Origin: Coriobacteriia bacterium
GTDB lineage: Bacteria > Actinomycetota > Coriobacteriia > Anaerosomatales > PHET01
Direction of reading: 5' to 3'
NCBI GenBank assembly: GCA_034370385.1
Contig: JAXMKZ010000011.1
Location: forward strand, 165,103-229,102
DNA length: 64,000 bases
Each line of letters opens with the position of its first letter. Position 1 is the stretch's first letter. A program made the position numbers and the translations under genes. The notes beneath the pieces are model-generated. The model was not told the origin of the DNA. It made no database searches and saw only the letters and a program-made list of their open reading frames with translations. Positions 17,534-25,832 of this stretch are shown here, piece after piece.

Positions 17534-18774
17534 GCCACAGAGACCTCGGCGGTGATCTCGTCTTGAGCAAGCCCAAAGGCCGTGTGCAACGCGTTCACGG
17601 CGGTCGCGACCTGATCCGCCCCGATCACGCAGCTGATGCGTATCGGAGAGGTCGAGATGAGGTCGATGTTCACTCCGGCATCGGCGAGCGTTGCGAACAT
17701 CTTGGCTGAGATGCCTGGGTGCGTCCGCATACCCGCACCCACGAGCGAGACCTTCGCGATTCCCTCATCAACGAGCCACGTGCGAGCCCCGAGCTCTGCG
17801 ACAAGCTCCGCCAGAGCGCGCTTCGCTTTGGCCAGATCGTCTTTCGGAGCGGTGAAGGAGATGTCGGTTGTGCCGTCCTCGGATACGTTCTGGATGATCA
17901 TGTCGACATTGACGTTGGCCTCTGCGAGCTTGCCGAACACGCTCGCGGCCACACCGGGATGGTCCGGGACATCGCGAATCGTCAGCTTGGCCTCCGAGGT
18001 GTCGTGCGTGACACCCGAGATGATCGCTTGTTCCATGGTCTCGTCAGCCTCCTTGACGATGGTGCCGGGTTCATCGGTGAAGCTGGATCGGCAGTGGATG
18101 ACCACGCCGTGGTTGCGGCCGAACTCGACCGAGCGCATCTGCAGGACGCCTGCTCCGCTCGCGGCCATCTCGAGCATCTCCTCGTAGCTGATGACATCTA
18201 TCTTGCGCGCAGACGGCACGATGCGGGGATCCGCCGTGAACACCCCGTCGACATCGGTATATATCTCGCAGACGTCAGCGCCCACTCCAGCAGCCACCGC
18301 AACGGCCGTCGTGTCCGATCCGCCGCGCCCAAGCGTGGTGATCTGCCCATCCGCCGTCGTGCCTTGGAATCCCGCGACGATGACGATGTAGCCCTCGTCC
18401 AGAGCCTGTCTGACCCTGTCAGCGCGCACCTCGGTGATCTTGGCCTTGCTGTGCACGGCATCAGTGACGATGCCAACCTGCGAGCCCGTGAACGAGATGG
18501 CGTTCTCGCCGCCGGCATGAATCGCCATAGCCAGCAGCGCGATCGAGACCTGCTCGCCGGTGGACAGCAGCATGTCCATCTCGCGCTCCGGCGGCTCCGA
18601 GCACACCTCAGATGCGAGCGCGACCAGTTCGTCAGTCACCTGCCCCATCGCGGAGACGACAGCGACGACACTGTCCCCGCTCCGCCTGCGCGCGATCAAG
18701 CGCTGGGCGACCGCGCGGATGCGCTCGGTCGTACCGACGGAGGTGCCCCCAAATTTCGTGACTACAAGAGCCAA
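17509..18774 (-). CDS. lysC: Aspartate kinase (catalytic domain plus two ACT domains)
   Basis: VVTKFGGTSV...VVVSAMG...GRGGSDTTAVA. The C-terminal ACT repeats are present. TTG start. Confidence 0.9.
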   Translation of the reverse strand: MALVVTKFGGTSVGTTERIRAVAQRLIARRRSGDSVVAVVSAMGQVTDELVALASEVCSEPPEREMDMLLSTGEQVSIALLAMAIHAGGENAISFTGSQVGIVTDAVHSKAKITEVRADRVRQALDEGYIVIVAGFQGTTADGQITTLGRGGSDTTAVAVAAGVGADVCEIYTDVDGVFTADPRIVPSARKIDVISYEEMLEMAASGAGVLQMRSVEFGRNHGVVIHCRSSFTDEPGTIVKEADETMEQAIISGVTHDTSEAKLTIRDVPDHPGVAASVFGKLAEANVNVDMIIQNVSEDGTTDISFTAPKDDLAKAKRALAELVAELGARTWLVDEGIAKVSLVGAGMRTHPGISAKMFATLADAGVNIDLISTSPIRISCVIGADQVATAVNALHTAFGLAQDEITAEVSVACGGERAT

Positions 18775-18895
18775 GACCCGCCCCCTGGAAAGACGCGATC
18801 AACGCCAGCTTCAGCAACGCAGAACCTGACGTTAAGGTTTCTCCCCAGTCTAGTGTGTCTCTGTTCGTGGCGCCAGCACGTCTGCGGCGGTTCTA

Positions 18896-21457
18896 TCAGG
18901 CGTCATCGAGGAGCCTGAGCGCCTCCGCCAAGTGCCTCATGCGAACCGACAAGCCGTCGAAGGCCTCCTCATAGAAATGCTCGACCAGCGTGCTGCCCGA
19001 AACCCGACTCATCGCCGCATTCGTGTGCTTCAGCGCCAAGCGCATCACCGGAAGCTCCTCGTCAAGTGAGCCGACTTCACTGACGGTGAACGAGACCCGC
19101 CCCCGGAGCACTCTGAACGGCATCCCGGCCGATTCGAAGTAGGCGTCGGCCTCGCGCTCGACGTTGGACGCCAGCCGCGGACCTCCCAGCCGCCTGAAAC
19201 TGACCAGCACTCCGTCGAGAAGGGCAGCGAAGATAGCCCGAGCCTCCTCAGGAGCGATCTCCTCGTCAGACGCGATCGGCGGTGCGTCCTCGGTTCCTTC
19301 GATTTCCTGGAGGACCTGTTCGAACGCGAGCACGATCCTGGGATCGAACTGGCTGCCCGAGCAACGTCGTAGCTCCTCGGTCGCCGCGGGGACGGATCGG
19401 CCCGCACGGTACGGACGGTCAGCGGTCATCGCCTCGAAGCTGTCGGCTACGGTGAGGATACGCGCAAGAAGCGGGATCTCCTCGCCCCGAAGTCCGGCCG
19501 GGTAGCCGGTGCCGTCGAAGGCTTCGTGGTGGTGTCGAACCACGGGCGTGATCGCCCAGGGGAACGCGACCGGCTTGAGAATGTTCGCGCCGATAAGCGG
19601 ATGATGGCGCATCTCACACATCTCGTCGTCGTCCAGCAGTCCGGGCTTGAGCAGTATCTCCTCGCGCACACCGATCTTGCCGATGTCGTGGAGGTAGGCC
19701 GCCATCTCCAAAGCGATGCGCTGATCGTGGCTCAGACCCATATGCTCGGCGATGTGCGTGGCGTAGGTCGCGACGCGGTCAGAGTGGTCCCGCGTGTAGG
19801 TGTCCTTCGCGTCGACTGCGGCCGCCAGTGAACGCACCGTGGCCAGGTAGGCCTCTTGAAGGCTCGAAAACAGCTCGATATTCCCAATGGCGATGGTCAC
19901 GTGATTCGCGATGGTGGACAGAAGGCGAACGTCATCGCTCGAGAACCGGTAGTCCGCGCGGCTCGATCCGATTGCCGCTGAACCGATCGTGCCCTCAGCT
20001 GAGACGAGCGGCACGCAGAGCGCCGCCTTGGCCCCGGTTACCGCGTCTACCTGACCTTCGTCCCCAGAATCAGGATTGAAGATGAGCGGTCGGCCCTCAC
20101 GAACAACCCACTCTGACATCGATGAGCGCAGCGCGCCGTCTGCAGCAGCCTCCGCACCGCGAACCGCCCTCACCGACAACAGGTTCGTCTCCTTGTCGCG
20201 CAGTGTGACGTATCCAAGATCCAGATCGAAGATTCGGAGCGCCGACTCCAGCACCGAACCGAGAAGCTCGTCCATCTCGAGCGTGGAGCCAAGCGCTCGA
20301 GACATCTCGTAGAGGGTTGCCAGCTCAAGTACCTTCTTGGTCAGGGACTCTGAGCGTTCCCTGAGCGAGTCCGTCATGTCGTTGAAGCTGCCAGCCAGCT
20401 CGGCCACTTCATTGGTCCCCGCGACATCGACCTTGGTGGAGAAGTCGCCATCGGCGATGCGCCGCGCACCATCCGAGAGCTCGACGAGCGGATCCGCGAC
20501 GCGGCGCGCGATCCATCCTCCAAGGCCCACGAGCGCCGCAACCGCTACAACCGACCACATCGCAATCAGGTTTCGGGTGGTTCGTCCTGTCTCGTCGGAT
20601 AGCCCCCGGTCTCGCAACCCAACCACGTAGAACTGGGAGCCAGCTTCCACGACGCCCGGAAGGTTCACCTGGGTGGCGGCGATTCCATAGCTTTCGCCAT
20701 CGATGCGAATCGAGCCTTCGGCCGATTCGTAGGGCGTGGTTTCGTCGATCAGGCCCAAGACCTCCGGCGCTGGCCGCCTCATGGCGGCCAGGATGCGGGC
20801 GCTCGTGACCTTGTCATAGCCGTTGCCGACCGCAGCGGACAGATTGTGGCCGCCCGCCGAGTAGACGCCGTACGCAGTCCCGTCCGTGATTCCCAATCTG
20901 CGCATAAAGCGGTCATCGACGGCTTCGATCACCGCGAGGGTGTGGATGCGACCCTTCACTTTGACAGGCTGGAGCGCGGCGATCGCGTGCTCCTGACCGA
21001 CATCCCACACGGCGACTCGGCTCCGTGAGCTCCCACCCGCGCTCTTGATCGTGGCTCTGGCGTCGGGAGAGGGGCCCAATCCGAGACGACCGGTCGAAGC
21101 AACCGGCGTCCCGGTCGCGTCCATCAACACGATGCCGTCGACGCCCAGCACGGCAGCCTGATCGGCCAGAAGTCCGGCGGTCACGGTAGTGTCGCCAGCG
21201 GCTGCCGCACAAGCGAGGTCCCTGTCGTCGGCGGCGAGTCGTGTCTCGCGCATCAACTGCTCGGCGTGATTGTGGTACCCCTCCGCGAAGCTCTCCACTC
21301 CGGCGGTCACAACCTCGCTCACCCATCGGTCGGTCAGGTCCTCGAGGAAGTAGACCGCTACGACCGTGGCGACGATTCCGACGATCACGGAAGCCGCAAG
21401 CAGCGGATAGACGATCTGATTGTAGAGGTGCGCACCGAACAGTGAGCGTCGCTTCAT
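18896..21457 (-). CDS. Membrane sensor HD-GYP phosphodiesterase: large extracytoplasmic domain, HAMP, GAF, HD-GYP, and an extra ~150-aa C-terminal region
   Basis: HDIGKIGV...HHHEAFDGTGYPAGL. A HAMP domain follows TM2. The start is placed at ATG 21457 (MKRRSLFG...) because a terminator hairpin abuts the longer ORF start at 21598. Confidence 0.8.
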   Translation of the reverse strand: MKRRSLFGAHLYNQIVYPLLAASVIVGIVATVVAVYFLEDLTDRWVSEVVTAGVESFAEGYHNHAEQLMRETRLAADDRDLACAAAAGDTTVTAGLLADQAAVLGVDGIVLMDATGTPVASTGRLGLGPSPDARATIKSAGGSSRSRVAVWDVGQEHAIAALQPVKVKGRIHTLAVIEAVDDRFMRRLGITDGTAYGVYSAGGHNLSAAVGNGYDKVTSARILAAMRRPAPEVLGLIDETTPYESAEGSIRIDGESYGIAATQVNLPGVVEAGSQFYVVGLRDRGLSDETGRTTRNLIAMWSVVAVAALVGLGGWIARRVADPLVELSDGARRIADGDFSTKVDVAGTNEVAELAGSFNDMTDSLRERSESLTKKVLELATLYEMSRALGSTLEMDELLGSVLESALRIFDLDLGYVTLRDKETNLLSVRAVRGAEAAADGALRSSMSEWVVREGRPLIFNPDSGDEGQVDAVTGAKAALCVPLVSAEGTIGSAAIGSSRADYRFSSDDVRLLSTIANHVTIAIGNIELFSSLQEAYLATVRSLAAAVDAKDTYTRDHSDRVATYATHIAEHMGLSHDQRIALEMAAYLHDIGKIGVREEILLKPGLLDDDEMCEMRHHPLIGANILKPVAFPWAITPVVRHHHEAFDGTGYPAGLRGEEIPLLARILTVADSFEAMTADRPYRAGRSVPAATEELRRCSGSQFDPRIVLAFEQVLQEIEGTEDAPPIASDEEIAPEEARAIFAALLDGVLVSFRRLGGPRLASNVEREADAYFESAGMPFRVLRGRVSFTVSEVGSLDEELPVMRLALKHTNAAMSRVSGSTLVEHFYEEAFDGLSVRMRHLAEALRLLDDA

Positions 21458-21598
21458 CGATCCGCCCGCAGCTTGAATGGCTGCGGATAGCCCCTTCTTC
21501 CGAATGGACAGTGATACGTCGTGTAGTTGATGTGCTAGGCCTGCGCAGCAGCACGAGTGGTGCCTAATCGACACTGCCAGCATAACAATAGCGCACAA

Positions 21599-21626
21599 AC
21601 GGACCCCGGGCCGCCCCGGGGTCCGT
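21599..21626 (-). terminator. Intrinsic-terminator-like hairpin after the por operon
   Basis: ACGGACCCCGGG-(4 nt loop)-CCCGGGGTCCGT forms a perfect 12-bp stem. On the minus strand it is followed by UUGUGCGCUAUUGUUAUG. Confidence 0.55.
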
Positions 21627-21672
21627 CGATGTTCACTCCGATGAACGATCTCACTCAGGCCGGACGATTCAC

Positions 21673-22608
21673 TCAGCCCTCGCAGGCACAGCGCTTCTGG
21701 ATGTACGCATAGTACTCGTCCACTCCCTGCTGGACTGCAGCGAGCAGCGCCTCATTACCGGGTGCGAACAGGTGCTTGAAGCGGCCCTGCGGCTTCAAGA
21801 ACTCCTCAATCGGCTTCAGGGTCGGTGTCTTGACCGTCTGTCGCCACACGCCGTCCTCGACCTCGAAGAGCGGCCAGAAACCCGTCTGCACGCCGGCCCT
21901 CGCGAGTTCGATCGACTTGCCGGACGCAGTACGCCATCCGCGCGGACACGGCGAAAGCACATTGATGAACGCAGCACCATCGCACGCGAACGCCTTCTCG
22001 GCCTTCGCCGTGAGATCCTTCCAATGGCTGACCGAAGCCTGTGCGGCGTAGGGGATACCATGGTCGGCGATGATCGAGGTGAGATCCTTGCGACGCTGGA
22101 TCTTGCCCTGCTGTGCCTTGCCCACCTCAGCCGTCGTCGCCCATGCTCCGAGCGGGGTAGCGCTGGAGCGCTGGATGCCGGTGTTCATGTAGGCACCGTT
22201 GTCGTAGCACACGTACACCATGTCGTGCCCGCGCTCCATAGCACCCGAAAGTGACTGCAGCCCGATGTCGTAGGTCCCGCCGTCGCCGCCGAAGGCGATG
22301 AACTTCATCTTCTTGTCCGCGGGGATCTTCCCTGCGCGTTGCAGGCCCTTGAAGGCAGCTTCGACGCCCGAGATGGTCGCGGCGGAGTTCTCGAACGCAT
22401 TGTGGATGAACGGCACCCGCCACGACGAGTAGGGGTAGATCGTGGTCGAGACCTCGAGGCACCCCGTGGCACAGCCTGCGACCATCGGCACATCGCCGGC
22501 CGCGAGCATGATCTGACGTACAGCGATCGAGGCGCCACAGCCTCCGCAGAGGCGGTGGCCTCCAGCGAGGCGATCGGGATTGGCGGTGAGTTCCTTCAGT
22601 GTTGCCAT
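21673..22608 (-). CDS. porB: 2-oxoacid:ferredoxin oxidoreductase beta subunit (TPP-binding)
   Basis: CGGCG...FGGDGGTYDIG TPP motif. Last gene of the G-D-A-B order. Confidence 0.85.
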   Translation of the reverse strand: MATLKELTANPDRLAGGHRLCGGCGASIAVRQIMLAAGDVPMVAGCATGCLEVSTTIYPYSSWRVPFIHNAFENSAATISGVEAAFKGLQRAGKIPADKKMKFIAFGGDGGTYDIGLQSLSGAMERGHDMVYVCYDNGAYMNTGIQRSSATPLGAWATTAEVGKAQQGKIQRRKDLTSIIADHGIPYAAQASVSHWKDLTAKAEKAFACDGAAFINVLSPCPRGWRTASGKSIELARAGVQTGFWPLFEVEDGVWRQTVKTPTLKPIEEFLKPQGRFKHLFAPGNEALLAAVQQGVDEYYAYIQKRCACEG

Positions 22609-22620
22609 CTCGCCTCCCTC

Positions 22621-23808
22621 CTATCGGGTGCCCAGGTACTGCATGGCGGACGGTGCCGCGGTACCTGAGACGATGTCGGACAGGTCGGCGTAAACGCTCT
22701 CAATGAGTTCGAGACGCACATCGGCGCCCCCGAGACCGTAGATGTAGTTGACAAGCGGCACACGGGCATCGAGGTCGTAGAGCGCGCTCTTGACCTCGAG
22801 GAAGACCGGCCCGCCCTCCGCGCCGAAGCTCTCCGAGCGATCCAGAACCGCAACCGCCTTCACGCCCTTGAGCGCTTCGCGAATCTCCGCCGACGGGAAC
22901 GGTCGGAAGCAGCGGATCTTGAGGACCCCTGCTTTGACGCCCTTCGCGCGCAGGTCGCGCGCCACATGTCGGGCGTTGCCTGCCGTGGAGCCGATGACGA
23001 CGATCGCGACGTCAGCGTCATCCATGCCCCAACCCTCGACGACGTCGAAGGGACGGCCCGCCAAGGCCGAGAACTCAGCGCCCACGCTCTTCACGACGGA
23101 GAGTGCCGCATCCATCGCGGTGCGCTGCTGCTTCTTGAACTCGAAGTAGGCACCCCCCAACCCCGAGAAGTTGCCGTGGCTGACAGGCTTGTCGGTGTCG
23201 AGCAGCGCGTAGCGCGGGGTGTACTCGCCGACGAACTCAGTGACGCTCGCGTCATCCAGCATCTCGGCGCGATCGATCGAATGGGTCGTGATGAAGCCGT
23301 CGAGGCACGTCATAACCGGAAGCATGACGTCCGCATGCTCGGCTATGCGCACGCTCATGATCGTATTGTCGTAAGCCTCCTGCGCGGTCTCGGCGAAGAG
23401 CATGACCCAACCAGCGTCACGGGCACCCATCGCATCCGAGTGGTCGCAGTGGATGTTGATCGGGGCGGCCAGCGCACGGTTCGCGTTGGCCATAACGATC
23501 GGTAGCCGCAGGCCGGAAGCGATGTAGAGCTCCTCCCACATCAGGGCGAGGCCCTGGGAGCAGGTGGCGGTCATGACGCGAGCGCCGGCGGCCGAAGCGC
23601 CCACGCACGCGCTCATCGCGGAGTGCTCGGACTCGACGGTGACGTACTCGGCGTGGGTCTTGCCATTGGCTGCGAACTTGGCGAACTCCTCGACGATGGT
23701 CGTCTGCGGAGTGATGGGGTAGGCGGCCATGACGTCTGGCTTGCACTGACGCATAGCCTCGGCCACGAGAACGTTTCCCGTGGTAGCAACGGTAGTCTGC
23801 TCAGCCAT
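22621..23808 (-). CDS. porA: 2-oxoacid:ferredoxin oxidoreductase alpha subunit
   Basis: 395 aa. The N-terminus GNVLVAEAMRQ...AAYPITPQT is typical of POR/VOR alpha subunits. Confidence 0.85.
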   Translation of the reverse strand: MAEQTTVATTGNVLVAEAMRQCKPDVMAAYPITPQTTIVEEFAKFAANGKTHAEYVTVESEHSAMSACVGASAAGARVMTATCSQGLALMWEELYIASGLRLPIVMANANRALAAPINIHCDHSDAMGARDAGWVMLFAETAQEAYDNTIMSVRIAEHADVMLPVMTCLDGFITTHSIDRAEMLDDASVTEFVGEYTPRYALLDTDKPVSHGNFSGLGGAYFEFKKQQRTAMDAALSVVKSVGAEFSALAGRPFDVVEGWGMDDADVAIVVIGSTAGNARHVARDLRAKGVKAGVLKIRCFRPFPSAEIREALKGVKAVAVLDRSESFGAEGGPVFLEVKSALYDLDARVPLVNYIYGLGGADVRLELIESVYADLSDIVSGTAAPSAMQYLGTR

Positions 23809-23810
23809 CT

Positions 23811-24149
23811 CTACTTCACCCCCGGCAGTTCGCAGCCCTCAGGAATCATCTCAATGGCCTTTCTGCCGAACTTCGGGTTCGTGGGGCACTCGTTGGCGCA
23901 GATCCCGCAACCCTTGCAGTGCTCAAGATCGAAGTCGACGACCTTCTCGCCGTCCAGTACGACCGCGGTGTCCGGGCAGAAGATCCAACACAGCAGGCAC
24001 TGCGTGCAGGCCTTGTCGTCGCGTACCGGGCGCTCCGAGCGCCACCCGCCCACGTTGTAGTCGTGCGAGTTACCGCCCTCAGGAATGACGGCCCCGGGAG
24101 GGAACTCCTCGGACTTCCACTCATTGACGCGTGAGATATCCCACTTCAT
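23811..24149 (-). CDS. porD: 2-oxoacid:ferredoxin oxidoreductase delta subunit (2x[4Fe-4S])
   Basis: CTQCLLCWIFCP and CKGCGICANECP ferredoxin motifs. Confidence 0.85.
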   Translation of the reverse strand: MKWDISRVNEWKSEEFPPGAVIPEGGNSHDYNVGGWRSERPVRDDKACTQCLLCWIFCPDTAVVLDGEKVVDFDLEHCKGCGICANECPTNPKFGRKAIEMIPEGCELPGVK

Positions 24150-24760
24150 GCCACGGTCACCTCCTCATGTGCACGGTCGACCGCCGCGAAGTTCGCGTCG
24201 ATCATCTCCTGGCCGAACTTCTTGCCGAGGTTGGTGGCGAGCAGCCCCTTGAACGAGTCGAGGTCGACCGCACCCGTCACCGCGATCATCGCGCCGACGA
24301 TGGGCGTATTGGGGATGTCACGCTTGATGGTGTCGAGGGCGATACCGCTCGCGTCCACGCACGCAACCTTCTGGGTGTCAGGCATTCCGAGGGCCTTCTT
24401 GACCGCAGCAGCAGGCGAGCACGTGTTGATGATGAGTGCGCCGTCCTGCTTCAACCCCTCGGTCACGTCGACCACATCGAGGAGTGTCTCGTCCAAGACG
24501 ATGACGATGTCGGGAAACTCGATATTGTTGTGAATCTCGATGGGCTCGTCGCAGATTCGGGTGAACGCCTTGATCGGCGCACCCATGCGCTCCGGACCGT
24601 ACTCGGGCATCGCCTGCATGTACAGATTCGCCGACAACGCGGTCTCGGCGACGACCTTGGCAGCCGTGACGGCTCCCTGGCCGGCGCGCGCGTGCCAACG
24701 GATCTCAGTCAGCTTCGGCATGGCGCCCCCTTCCTTCACTTGAATCGTCGACCCCGTCAC
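24146..24760 (-). CDS. porG: 2-oxoacid:ferredoxin oxidoreductase gamma subunit
   Basis: IRWHARAGQGAVTAAK... is the gamma-subunit signature. ATGA overlap with porD. Confidence 0.85.
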   Translation of the reverse strand: MTGSTIQVKEGGAMPKLTEIRWHARAGQGAVTAAKVVAETALSANLYMQAMPEYGPERMGAPIKAFTRICDEPIEIHNNIEFPDIVIVLDETLLDVVDVTEGLKQDGALIINTCSPAAAVKKALGMPDTQKVACVDASGIALDTIKRDIPNTPIVGAMIAVTGAVDLDSFKGLLATNLGKKFGQEMIDANFAAVDRAHEEVTVA

Positions 24761-24925
24761 GGGGTCGCGACGAGGTCAGTACAGGATAGGGGCGGCATGG
24801 GCACACGGCGGCGTACGGCGTCATCAAGGCGGTCAGCGGTGCGATGGCATCGGTGAACGGTAGACAGAAACTGGAATCACGCAGGGCCGGGTCCGAGGGC
24901 GCCAGCGAGCGCAGTCTGCGGACCG

Positions 24926-25522
24926 CTACATCTCGCGACGGGCTTCCAGCGCGCGGCCCAGCGTCACCTCGTCGGCGAACTCGATGTCGCCTCCGACGGG
25001 AAGTCCACTGGCTATCCGCGTCACACGTATGCCGAGAGGCTTGATGAGCCGCGCCAGATACAGGGCGGTCGTCTCTCCCTCGACGTTGGGGTTCGTGGCA
25101 ACGACGATCTCGGTCACATCGGCGGAGCCGAGGCGCTCGATGAGCTCTCGCATCCGCAACTGGTCAGGTCCGATTCCGTCGATGGGGGACACGGCGCCGT
25201 GGAGCACATGGTAGAGACCGCGGTACTCGTGCGTGCGCTCGACCGCTGCGAGGTCGCGCGGCTCTTCGACGACGCAGATCATCGACTCATCCCGCTGAGG
25301 ATCGGAACACACGCCGCACAGCTCGTCCTCGGCGAAGTTGAAGCAGCGCGGGCAGAAGTGGATGCTTCGCTTCACCTCGCTGATAGCGGAGGCGAGTCGG
25401 TCGGCATCGCTCGTCTCCACGGTCAGCAGCCAGTACGCGATGCGCTGAGCGCTCTTCGGCCCCACGCCGGGAAGCCTCTCGAGTTCCTCCAGCAGGCGCT
25501 GGATGGGAGTCGGATAGCGCAC
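24926..25522 (-). CDS. recR: Recombination protein RecR
   Basis: LPGVGPKSAQR HhH motif, CxxC...CxxC zinc finger and Toprim region. Confidence 0.95.
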   Translation of the reverse strand: MRYPTPIQRLLEELERLPGVGPKSAQRIAYWLLTVETSDADRLASAISEVKRSIHFCPRCFNFAEDELCGVCSDPQRDESMICVVEEPRDLAAVERTHEYRGLYHVLHGAVSPIDGIGPDQLRMRELIERLGSADVTEIVVATNPNVEGETTALYLARLIKPLGIRVTRIASGLPVGGDIEFADEVTLGRALEARREM

Positions 25523-25523
25523 G

Positions 25524-25832
25524 CTACATGAGCCCCGGGACGTTCATGCCCCCGGTGATCGCGGCCATCTTGGTGTTTGCCAGCTCCTGCGCCGAACGCA
25601 GTGCCTCGTTGGCCGCGGCAGCAACCATGTCCTGCAGCAGCTCGACGTCATCGGGGTCGACGGCCTCCGGATTGATGTGCACCGACTCGATCCTCAGATC
25701 GCCGGTCATGACAACGCGAACCATACCGCCGCCCGCCGACGCCTCGACCCGCTCTTCCTTGAGCTCCTCCTGCACGACGGCCATCTTGGCCTGAGCCTGC
25801 TGTACCTGCTTCATCATCTTTCCGAAGTTCAC
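25524..25832 (-). CDS. ybaB: YbaB/EbfC nucleoid-associated protein
   Basis: 102 aa beginning MNFGKMMKQVQQAQ..., located between dnaX and recR. Confidence 0.9.
   Translation of the reverse strand: MNFGKMMKQVQQAQAKMAVVQEELKEERVEASAGGGMVRVVMTGDLRIESVHINPEAVDPDDVELLQDMVAAAANEALRSAQELANTKMAAITGGMNVPGLM

Noticed and set aside
18775-18895. A lysine riboswitch or other leader upstream of aspartate kinase.
   Set aside because: The gap is only ~120 nt, shorter than an L-box, and shows no conserved L-box elements by eye.
24767-24791. The hairpin GTCGACCCCG-TCA-CGGGGTCGCGAC between recR and porG, considered as a terminator.
   Set aside because: There is no U-tract on either strand, and it lies about 135 nt from the recR stop and just upstream of the porG SD. 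It may be a 5' UTR structure, but I cannot support a specific function.
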